Assembly (NCBI GenBank): GCA_965219575.1
Contig: OZ244779.1
Span: forward strand, 1,708,769 to 1,772,768
Length of the DNA stretch: 64,000 bases
Origin: Candidatus Oxydemutatoraceae bacterium
GTDB taxonomy: Bacteria > Pseudomonadota > Gammaproteobacteria > Poriferisulfidales > Oxydemutatoraceae
Reading direction: 5' to 3'
Positions 48,117 to 57,740 of this stretch are shown here, in pieces. The notes beneath the pieces are model-generated. The model was given only the letters and a program-made list of their open reading frames with translations, was not told where the DNA came from and did not search any database. The position numbers were made by a program, and so were the translations under genes. Each line of letters starts with the position of its first letter. Within the stretch, counting starts at the first letter, position 1.

Positions 48117-49031
48117 ATGCCCGACCAAATCGTTGAAATTACGCAACCGGGTTATTGGTTGAGTAAGTCACGCGGATTTCTAGAAGTTCAAAGCAACGAT
48201 GAAAACCAAATCGGTGGAAAGATACCATTAGACGATATTCTATCGGTTGTTATTTCTACTCCGGGATGTTCTCTATCAACCGTTCTCATAGATTACCTGA
48301 GTCGTCGCAATATCCCCATTACGATATGCGGAGCAAACTACCTCCCCACAACGCTCATCTTACCGATAGACGGTTACAATAGACAATTCCAAGTCATGCA
48401 AAGCCAAACCGATTTATCGGCACCGCGCCGTAAGCGCGCATGGCAAGCTATAGTCAGAGCCAAAATACAAAATCAAGCCGATTTACTGGAGTTTGTCGGC
48501 AAAAATAATATGCAATTAAAACGCTTAATCTCAAATGTGAAATCCGGCGATATCGATAATTGCGAGGCTCAGGCAGCACGCATTTATTGGCAAAGTTTAT
48601 TCGGCGAAGATTTTCGTCGTGACCGCACCGCTATCGATTTGAATACTCCGCTCAACTATATTTACACGGTTATTAGAGCGTGTATTGCTCGCGGGATCAG
48701 TAGTGCAGGATTACATCCTACATTCAGCATACACCATAAAAATCCACAAAATGCATTCAACCTCGCCGATGATTTGATTGAACCCTATCGCCCTATTGCC
48801 GATTGCTTTGTTTGGAAGAGATACTTCAATAAATTTGATCGACTGACCCCCGAAGTAAAAGCGTCTTTAACAAGCATCGTAAATCTACAAATCCCTATAG
48901 GAGACGAAGTATCCCCTTTATCGTTGGCTGCCGTTAAGACATGCCGTTCTTACGCAAGCTATTGCCTCAATGAGGCAACAAATATCTTACTTCCTAAACT
49001 ACCTATGTCTTTAGAAATAGGGGCTTTATGA
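48117..49031 (+). CDS. cas1: CRISPR-associated integrase Cas1
   Basis: IPLDDI, EAQAARIYWQSLFG..FRRDR, LNYIY, GLHP..SIHH, NLADDLIEPYRP. Confidence 0.96.
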   Translation: MPDQIVEITQPGYWLSKSRGFLEVQSNDENQIGGKIPLDDILSVVISTPGCSLSTVLIDYLSRRNIPITICGANYLPTTLILPIDGYNRQFQVMQSQTDLSAPRRKRAWQAIVRAKIQNQADLLEFVGKNNMQLKRLISNVKSGDIDNCEAQAARIYWQSLFGEDFRRDRTAIDLNTPLNYIYTVIRACIARGISSAGLHPTFSIHHKNPQNAFNLADDLIEPYRPIADCFVWKRYFNKFDRLTPEVKASLTSIVNLQIPIGDEVSPLSLAAVKTCRSYASYCLNEATNILLPKLPMSLEIGAL

Positions 49032-49372
49032 GTAGTAACCAAAACCATCTAAGCCCGTATCGCATTATGTGGTTATTTGTAATGTTTGACTTGCCCGTAG
49101 GCACTAAAAAAGAGAGAGAGCAGGCGACAAAATTTCGTCAAGGACTTCTTGATTTAGGGTTTGAAATGTCACAATTTTCAGTATACTTAAAATACTGTCC
49201 GTCAAAAGAAAAATCGGAAGTAGTTAGTGACAAAGTCAAAGTTAAAATTCCGATTGGAGGTAAAGTAGATATTCTGATGATAACCGATAAACAGTTTTCA
49301 GGCATGAAAAGATTTTATGCAAAAACCGAAATTAAAAGCAGTGCAAAACCGAAGCAGTTACATATCTTTTGA
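49028..49372 (+). CDS. cas2: CRISPR-associated protein Cas2
   Basis: YRIMWLFVMFDLPV, FRQGLLDLGFEMSQFSVY, ITDKQF; ATGA overlap with cas1. Confidence 0.96.
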   Translation: MSSNQNHLSPYRIMWLFVMFDLPVGTKKEREQATKFRQGLLDLGFEMSQFSVYLKYCPSKEKSEVVSDKVKVKIPIGGKVDILMITDKQFSGMKRFYAKTEIKSSAKPKQLHIF

Positions 49373-50844
49373 TTATTTTTTTCTACGCAATATAGAAAAA
49401 AGTATCACCACAATAACTGCTTCGGCGTTGTCGGATTATACCATTGAATTAGGGGGTATCAGGACAACAAGCGGAATAATGTTTGGATTCGTGATATTGA
49501 TTATACCATTGAATTAGGGGGTATCAGGACAACAACTTCTGATATAAAGTAATAGCCGCCCATGATTATACCATTGAATTAGGGGGTATCAGGACAACGG
49601 AATGTACTGCAGTATTCTAAAAAATACAGATTATACCATTGAATTAGGGGGTATCAGGACAACTCTAGTTTTGATGGGGTAGAAACAGAATTAGATTATA
49701 CCATTGAATTAGGGGGTATCAGGACAACGGACATGTACTAATTAAAGTACTAATTGAAGATTATACCATTGAATTAGGGGGTATCAGGACAACATGACGG
49801 GGCAGGTGCGTATTGCACATAATGATTATACCATTGAATTAGGGGGTATCAGGACAACTACCATGCAAGTACGCAGTACAATAATCATGATTATACCATT
49901 GAATTAGGGGGTATCAGGACAACGGACATGTACTAATTAAAGTACTAATTGAAGATTATACCATTGAATTAGGGGGTATCAGGACAACATGACGGGGCAG
50001 GTGCGTATTGCACATAATGATTATACCATTGAATTAGGGGGTATCAGGACAACTACCATGCAAGTACGCAGTACAATAATCATGATTATACCATTGAATT
50101 AGGGGGTATCAGGACAACATGATTGAGACACACATAATCCATACTATCGATTATACCATTGAATTAGGGGGTATCAGGACAACGATGTTCGTCTTCCAAT
50201 GTATAACATTCAAGATTATACCATTGAATTAGGGGGTATCAGGACAACGATATTCTCCCACGCCTCACGCGCCGACAAGATTATACCATTGAATTAGGGG
50301 GTATCAGGACAACACAAACTACAAATAACACATAAAACCTCAAGATTATACCATTGAATTAGGGGGTATCAGGACAACACAAAGTTTCCGACACCTGAAA
50401 TTGATACTGATTATACCATTGAATTAGGGGGTATCAGGACAACATGAAGGAAGCGAAGGCTTTGGTTAGAAAGGATTATACCATTGAATTAGGGGGTATC
50501 AGGACAACTACTTCATTATCATAAACATAAGGCACTGAGATTATACCATTGAATTAGGGGGTATCAGGACAACGTTTCAGTGCTACTGAGGCGGCGGAGG
50601 GCAGATTATACCATTGAATTAGGGGGTATCAGGACAACCATTACAAGACACTAACGATTTCAAGTTTTGATTATACCATTGAATTAGGGGGTATCAGGAC
50701 AACGCCAATTCTGACTCGTCCATATAAGACAAGGATTATACCATTGAATTAGGGGGTGACGTTCTCCCAAAATTTAGTACTAATGCTTAAAGTTAGTTTT
50801 TCCGATAAACTAGAGAAGTTAAAAACATTACAGGAGAACTTAAC

Positions 50845-51111
50845 ATGAAGAGAAAACGTTTTAGTGAAGAACAAATCATTAAGGCATTAAAGTCAAATCA
50901 AGCCGGCATGAAAGTAATCGATATCTGTCGTGATCTAGGCATCGCCGAACAGACATTTTATCGCTGGCGCAGCAAGTATAATGGCATGGAAGTGGCAGAA
51001 GCTAAACGCCTGCGAGAGCTTGAAGCCGATAATAGCAAGCTCAAGAAGCTATTGGCTGAATCGGTGATGCAGTGTGAAACACTTAAGGAGGTATTATCAA
51101 AAAAGTGGTAA
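50845..51111 (+). CDS. IS3-family transposase OrfA
   Basis: MKRKRFSEEQII..GIAEQTFYRWRSKY..AKRLRELE (HTH + coiled coil); slippery A-AAA-AAG just before stop. Confidence 0.93.
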   Translation: MKRKRFSEEQIIKALKSNQAGMKVIDICRDLGIAEQTFYRWRSKYNGMEVAEAKRLRELEADNSKLKKLLAESVMQCETLKEVLSKKW

Positions 51112-51929
51112 AGCCGGCGCAACGCAAGCAGATTGTCAAAGATCTAGTGAGCGCGGGTCGGCATAGTGAACGCACTGCGTGTGCCCTTGCCAGTATTAGT
51201 CGCACTGCATATCGCTATCAGGGCAACCAAGCTGATAAAGATCGTCAACTGGAAGCTGCGTTATTGGAGAAGGCAAAGCAATATCCACATTATGGCTATA
51301 AGATGTTGCATGCGCTTTTGAAGAGCGAAGGCCGGGTCGTCAATGTGAAGCGTACCTATAGGCTTTATAAGAAGCTCAGGCTCGAATTGAGAACCAAGAA
51401 GCGCAAGAAGCTGTGTCATCCGCGTGGCGTGCCGAAAACACCGGCAACGGTGAATGAGTGCTGGTCAATGGACTTTGTGCATGACCAGTTTAGCGACGGC
51501 AGATGCTTTCGGGTATTGAACATAGTAGATAACTTCAGCCGTGAATGTGTCGGACAGATTGTTGATGTTTCGATCACCGGTCAACGCGTAGCAAACTATC
51601 TATCCGAATTGATAGAATGGCTCGGTGTGAAGCCGGCACGCATCGTCTGCGACAATGGCACCGAGTTTAGATGCAAGGCGATGTTCCACTGGAGCCGAGA
51701 TCAGCAGGTGGAATTGGACTTTATCCAACCCGGCAAACCGACCCAGAATGCCTTTGTAGAAAGTTTCAACGGCAAGTTCCGAGACGGTTGTCTGAACCAG
51801 TTCTGGTTTCGTTCAATAAAAGAGGCGAGAGAGATTATAGAAGCCTGGCGAATAGATTATAATGAAGTGCGTCCGCACAGCGCATTGGGTTATCAACCCC
51901 CAAGTGTATTTGCGGAGGCTATAGCATGA
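51105..51929 (+). CDS. IS3-family transposase OrfB (DDE integrase core)
   Basis: WSMDFVHD, DNGTEF, PGKPTQNAFVESFNGKFRDGCLN, YNEVRPHSALG. Confidence 0.95.
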   Translation: MVKPAQRKQIVKDLVSAGRHSERTACALASISRTAYRYQGNQADKDRQLEAALLEKAKQYPHYGYKMLHALLKSEGRVVNVKRTYRLYKKLRLELRTKKRKKLCHPRGVPKTPATVNECWSMDFVHDQFSDGRCFRVLNIVDNFSRECVGQIVDVSITGQRVANYLSELIEWLGVKPARIVCDNGTEFRCKAMFHWSRDQQVELDFIQPGKPTQNAFVESFNGKFRDGCLNQFWFRSIKEAREIIEAWRIDYNEVRPHSALGYQPPSVFAEAIA

Positions 51930-53943
51930 AAACTAACTTTGTATATGGTAATAAAAATGGGGTAACGTCAGGGGTATCAGGACAACAACTTCGTCCGCAG
52001 ACATCTGATGCGCACAGATTATACCATTGAATTAGGGGGTATCAGGACAACAAACGGTATCTGATAGTGAGGGAGCTTTGGGATTATACCATTGAATTAG
52101 GGGGTATCAGGACAACAAAAGTTCGGGTTGGGTTACTAATTCTGGCGATTATACCATTGAATTAGGGGGTATCAGGACAACTAGCTTGTGCCACTGCCCT
52201 TTTGCGTCACAGATTATACCATTGAATTAGGGGGTATCAGGACAACAAAAAGAGAGGTGAGATATGTTTGGATTTTGATTATACCATTGAATTAGGGGGT
52301 ATCAGGACAACAACTTGCGACCTTCAAAACTAGCCTCATGCGATTATACCATTGAATTAGGGGGTATCAGGACAACAATTTCATAAATATCATGATTTAC
52401 TCCAAAGATTATACCATTGAATTAGGGGGTATCAGGACAACTAGATTATCCGACACCGCTCTGGGATCACTGATTATACCATTGAATTAGGGGGTATCAG
52501 GACAACGCGGGTCGTTATTTAGTTCAGCCACATTATGATTATACCATTGAATTAGGGGGTATCAGGACAACAAACGAACAACATTGCTATCACTATCACC
52601 TGATTATACCATTGAATTAGGGGGTATCAGGACAACAAAATGACCCAAATTAATATCTACCAATCCGATTATACCATTGAATTAGGGGGTATCAGGACAA
52701 CATCATAACACTCCTTATTTATCTAACAAACGATTATACCATTGAATTAGGGGGTATCAGGACAACCAAGAGGAACTTCGGCACCTGTATCTGCTAGATT
52801 ATACCATTGAATTAGGGGGTATCAGGACAACATGACGGGGCAGGTGCGTATTGCACATAATGATTATACCATTGAATTAGGGGGTATCAGGACAACTAAA
52901 AGAAACATTACCATTAAAACTCTCCGGATTATACCATTGAATTAGGGGGTATCAGGACAACCCGACAACCAAACCATAATTTTGCTTATGAGATTATACC
53001 ATTGAATTAGGGGGTATCAGGACAACAAACAAACACAAAACACAAAACACAATACTGATTATACCATTGAATTAGGGGGTATCAGGACAACTCGTACCGC
53101 AGATATATCCCACTGCAACTGGATTATACCATTGAATTAGGGGGTATCAGGACAACAATAGTATCTTTTTTGATAGACAAATACAAGATTATACCATTGA
53201 ATTAGGGGGTATCAGGACAACAAATCATCCACATACTCCACAACATCACCAGATTATACCATTGAATTAGGGGGTATCAGGACAACATCCCGGCACCGCC
53301 ATAGACAACCGCAAGCGATTATACCATTGAATTAGGGGGTATCAGGACAACAGTGCCTCTATTATGGCACTGCATTTACTAGATTATACCATTGAATTAG
53401 GGGGTATCAGGACAACCTCCGGGTTGTCACTAACCAACAACCAGTTGATTATACCATTGAATTAGGGGGTATCAGGACAACTAGTAAATCTCCTGCTGTT
53501 GGTTTAAGATAGGATTATACCATTGAATTAGGGGGTATCAGGACAACACCTCTGTCAAACGAGCTACGTTGCCTTCAGATTATACCATTGAATTAGGGGG
53601 TATCAGGACAACACCTCTGTCAAACGAGCTACGTTGCCTTCAGATTATACCATTGAATTAGGGGGTATCAGGACAACCCCCCCGACCAATTAACGATTAT
53701 AAAATTAGATTATACCATTGAATTAGGGGGTATCAGGACAACTACCAACCACAGAATAAAAAATTTTCGTCATGCGTAAAGGCAAACTCATGTGCGATTC
53801 TAGATTTATGGTTACCTAAACCCCACGGACAAATGCACTAGTTTGCCTCACGCATGACGAAAGAAAATTAATTAACTCTAAATATCCTGTTTAGCACTCC
53901 AGTCTTGCCTGATTTATGAAACCTTTTCACTGCGTTTTTATGT

Positions 53944-54912
53944 CTACCATCGTATAAAATCCTCCTGCTCCCCCTTTGTTGAGGCTTTATTCGTTATCGG
54001 CTGAGAATTGCGCTCCCAGAAAACATTGTCTTTATAGCCCTGTATAGTTGGGTCGGCAGTCGCTTGTTTTAAGCGTTTGACCGCCCAGCAGCAATACTCT
54101 TGGTTGATTTCTATTGCACAGAAGCGTCGCTTTAGTTTGTCGGCGACAACCGCTGTGGTGCCACTCCCGGCAAAAGGATCCAACACAAAATCTCCCGACT
54201 TTGAGCTTGCTAGGATTAATTTTGCGATTAGCTTTTCGGGTTTCTGGGTAGGATGGTCGGTATTCTCTGCCATAGACCAAAACGGAATTGTTATATCGGT
54301 CCATATATTAGACGGATATGTGAGGCGATAATTACCGCTTGCTTCTTGTCTCCAGTCTTTAGGTTTTCCGTTGATTTTATAGGGTGCTATGACTTTGCGT
54401 TTGAGTTTGACCGCTTCTACATCGAAATGATACTGCTCTGAGACAGTGCAGAACCATAGGTCTTCGGTGTTGTTCTTCCAGTTATGCTTAGCACCCCGCC
54501 CTTTTTCTCTTTCCCAGCTAATCCGATTGCGGATATAAAAATGCGACTCTAGAATCGGTGCGACAAGCATAGAGGTTTTCCAATCGGAGCAAACATAAAC
54601 CGTTGCCGTCGGTTTTAGAGTCGGTTTCAATTTATTTATTGCGTCTTCAAACCATCGCCGATAAATATTTGCTTCCTTCACTTTGAAAAGTGTACCGTTG
54701 TAGTTCTTAGATAAATTATAAGGCGGGTCCAAAATCAATAAATCTACAAAATGGCAGGGTAGATACTTTGCAATAGCAAATATATCACCGCAGATAATTT
54801 TTCCATTGATCTGTTTGACACTAGACTTAGTGCTTAAACGATGGACTCCGCGTAGCAGTGTTTTTATTTCCTTGGGGTCGCAGTTTAAGGTTCGGTTTCT
54901 CACGATAATCAA
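53944..54912 (-). CDS. Site-specific DNA methyltransferase (N6A/N4C, beta class)
   Basis: DPPYN precedes HPTQKP..LDPFAGSGTT (beta-class motif order); no cognate endonuclease seen. Confidence 0.92.
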   Translation of the reverse strand: MIIVRNRTLNCDPKEIKTLLRGVHRLSTKSSVKQINGKIICGDIFAIAKYLPCHFVDLLILDPPYNLSKNYNGTLFKVKEANIYRRWFEDAINKLKPTLKPTATVYVCSDWKTSMLVAPILESHFYIRNRISWEREKGRGAKHNWKNNTEDLWFCTVSEQYHFDVEAVKLKRKVIAPYKINGKPKDWRQEASGNYRLTYPSNIWTDITIPFWSMAENTDHPTQKPEKLIAKLILASSKSGDFVLDPFAGSGTTAVVADKLKRRFCAIEINQEYCCWAVKRLKQATADPTIQGYKDNVFWERNSQPITNKASTKGEQEDFIRW

Positions 54913-55442
54913 CTATTAAATTTACTTTGGCATTCCTGATGGCTGTTTGGAATAACATTATAATACAGAGTAAAGTCTTGTGGTTTTGTGAGAGTTTGGT
55001 TGCGCGGATACTTTGGCGCAAGCGGTTATAGACCACCCCGTCAGGCTGCGCCTGCCACCCCTCCAGAGGAGGGGAATTAAATAGTGCAGATATCTAGGGC
55101 TGTTGAAAAATAGAACCGCCGATTGCTCCAGTAGGTCAATCGGCGTAACATTATGCAGAACTGTAACGCGCTGCGTCTGCACAAATAAAGTTGTACACCA
55201 GTTAATTTATGGAAACCAAAACCATACGGCGCAAGCGGCTGCGGCTGTGTAGAACGGTGTTTTACCCTAAATCCGCATTAGATTCCTGCAAGCTCGCATC
55301 CTCTTATATTGCAACACGCTCAGGCAAATTACCAATGCACCCATTGGGTGAAACAGTAATTATTAATCATTTTTCACATAAAACTCTCTACAAAGTCTTA
55401 GTTTTTTGTTACTATTTATCAATTAACAATATGGGAGGCATT

Positions 55443-56732
55443 ATGTCAAAACGAAATAAAAAAAAGCGCAAGAAGCAGTACCGGCGGGCACCGTATACGC
55501 TCGGTGTCACTAAAGAGAGATTCACCTCTCGCAGTGGTCTGTTGCCACTCGCTGAATTACTAGAAGCACTTAAAATTAAGCAACAAGCTGATGCCTTGTT
55601 TCCGGCACCGGGGAGCAATTGCAGTTATGACAACAGCACGATCGTCAATACCTTTGTGCTGATGCTCAACGAGGGTGCCAGTTGTCTTGAAGATGTCTAC
55701 CACCTACACACCGAAGCGGAGTTGCTTAAGCTGCTGGGCATTCAAGAGTTGCCGGGAGCAGATACTTTAGCGCAGTGGTTGCATCGTCATGGTGAGGCTG
55801 GCGTGCCGTTAGTTGGCGAAATCAGTCGCCGGGTGGTTGCCGAGACCTTGAAACTGTTGCGAGTAGATCGTGTCACTTTGGACATCGACGCAACAGCCAT
55901 TTTGAATAATAAGTCAGGTGATCATTGGACTTATCTGAAGCATCGAGGTTATATGCCGATGATCGGCATCATAGCGCAAAGTGGTCAGGTCATCGCCGCA
56001 GAGTTCCGTGACGGGAATGTTCCACCAAGCTATGATAATGCCGGTTTTATTGAAAAGTGCCAAGATCAGTTGTTGGCGGCAGGGATCGTCGTTGGGCGCG
56101 TGCGTTCGGACTCGGCGAGTTATCAAAAAGTAATCATTGAAGGTCTAGCCCATCGAGACATTGAGTTTATTATTCGTGCCAAACTGGATACTGCAATCAA
56201 GACGGTGATTGCTTCAGTGTCGGCAACGGATTGGAAACCGTTGCGCTTACGAGACGGCAGCCTATCGCAACACCAATGGGTCGCTCGTCGCACCCACATT
56301 ATGCACAACAGCGACACCCTATTTAATCTCATCATGCAACGCTGCCGTAAGAGCGAAGTTGCCGACTTGCCTGAGCAGAGAGAGTTGCCGGGACTGTCTA
56401 TAGAAACGCGATACGAAACTGATCAGTATATCTATCGTGTCATTGCGACTAATATTGAAGGGCTAGACGACTCGCAGATCGTCCACGAGTATAATCAGCG
56501 TGGCGAGTGTGCGGAGAACCGCATTAAGGAGCTCAAATCGGACTTTTCGGCAGGTCGTCTGCCATGTAGTGATTTTGGTGCCAATGCCCTGTATGTTGCT
56601 GTGTGTGCGTTAGCCTACAATGTGTTTGCACTGTTGCGTTGTGGCTTACCGACAGAGTTTCGTTTTGCCAGAGCACCGACGCTGCGAGTGCGGTTGTTTG
56701 GTCTGGCGGCAAAGGTTGTGCGACACGGGTGA
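55443..56732 (+). pseudogene. IS1380-family DDE transposase, C-terminally truncated
   Basis: TSRSGL, LDIDAT, GYMP, FRDGN, RSDSASY, YNQRGECAENRIKELK, FGANA; GGAGG RBS before 55443. TGA at 56730 is followed in frame by HGMLKLHNAH, then the MITE, then YKLLKRVL...LLH* (57146). Confidence 0.85.
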
Positions 56733-56762
56733 CACGGGATGCTCAAACTACACAACGCACAT

Positions 56763-57055
56763 GGGACTGTTGAAAAAGTATTTCATAGAGTGGTAGGGGC
56801 GGACTTTATTAAATTGCCGATTGACCTACCGGCTCAATCGGCGGCTCTGTTCTGCCTGTAACGCGTTGCGCCTGCACAATTTATACATTCATCCAATTTA
56901 TGGACACTAAAACTAAATGGCGCAAGCGGTTACGGCTGTGCAAAACGTTATCGTTTTGGGCAGACACACAGGTCTGCCCCTACGACTTTGTGGTTATCAT
57001 ACATGTGGTGCAAAGCGGTTGGATTCGTGCAAAACGGTACTTTTTCAACAGTCCC
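56763..57055. mobile_element. REP-bearing MITE (293 bp) nested in IS1380
   Basis: IR GGGACTGTTGAAAAAGTA / TACTTTTTCAACAGTCCC; ACAT target duplication; REP at 56958-56983. Confidence 0.9.
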
Positions 57056-57444
57056 ACATTACAAATTGTTAAAGAGAGTTCTCGCACACTTCCACGGCAT
57101 TCTGGGCAGGCTATTGTCTGAGGTGCGATACCCGTTGCTACATTAAGACCAGTCATTCTATCTCGTTGCCATTGACAATGCATCATTCAAAGTAGATGCC
57201 ATACCCGAACCTACCCCAATTCGAGGGAGCAGAGCATTTTTGAGGTTCACTGGGGTCTAAATGGAAGTTTATTCCTCTTAGCCGAACAAATATGTAGCGT
57301 AAAATTCCAGATTGAGGTGATTGACCTGACAATTTAGCAGAAAATTATCCATCCCATACGCTTTTCATACCCCATTGCGGATTTAGGGCGCATCTACGAC
57401 TACCCCGTCAGGCAAAGCCTTGAACCTCTCCCAAAAAGGGAAAT

Positions 57445-57653
57445 GGGGCTGTTGAAAAAGTGCGGCATCGTACGAATCCAATCACTTGCGCCATTTGGTT
57501 TTGGTTTCCATAAATTGGATGGATGAATGTATAAATCGTGTAGACACAACGCGTTATGGGCGGACATGCTAGTCCGCCCCTACGGGTGGTTTGCAAATAT
57601 TCACAGCGCAAGCGGTCACGATTGCGCCGTGACGATACTTTTTCAACAGCCCC
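57445..57653. mobile_element. REP-bearing MITE (209 bp)
   Basis: IR GGGGCTGTTGAAAAAG; AAAT target duplication; REP at 57558-57583. Confidence 0.88.
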
Positions 57654-57740
57654 AAATAATGATTCGAGTCAATTCGCTCGCGCAGACATTATAGTAGAAT
57701 AGTTCCTTATTTTCTCGCTGAAAACACGAACTATTCAATT

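Larger units (their letters stand above)
50757..51970 (+). mobile_element. IS3-family insertion sequence (IS407-group-like, 1214 bp) inside CRISPR repeat 21
   Basis: TG...CA ends with imperfect IRs TGACGTTCTCCCA / TGGGGTAACGTCA, 4-bp GGGG target duplication, orfA/orfB in -1 frame. Confidence 0.95.
49434..53742 (-). CRISPR. Type II-C CRISPR array, 48 repeats (one split by IS3) and 47 spacers
   Basis: Invariant 35-nt repeat GATTATACCATTGAATTAGGGGGTATCAGGACAAC (crRNA sense GTTGTCCTGATACCCCCTAATTCAATGGTATAATC), 30-nt spacers (one 31 nt), 65-bp period. Minus orientation inferred from the 5' GTT, the embedded TGnTATAAT and tracrRNA complementarity. Confidence 0.98.
55265..57388 (+). mobile_element. 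IS1380-family element disrupted by a nonsense codon and a nested MITE
   Basis: Terminal IRs CCCTAAATCCGCA (55265) / TGCGGATTTAGGG (57376-57388); about 1.83 kb without the MITE; no target duplication visible. Confidence 0.8.

Noticed and set aside
48117-49433. Type II-A or II-B assignment
   Set aside because: No csn2 or cas4; the array starts ~60 bp after cas2
49317-49517. ORF spanning the cas2 end and first repeats
   Set aside because: Reads through CRISPR repeats; spurious
49469-53707. Self-targeting spacers within this window
   Set aside because: None recognised by eye; not an exhaustive search, needs alignment
53765-53862. SRP (4.5S) RNA or a second tracrRNA
   Set aside because: Lacks the SRP GGAA-tetraloop/AGCAG motif and has no complementarity to the repeat
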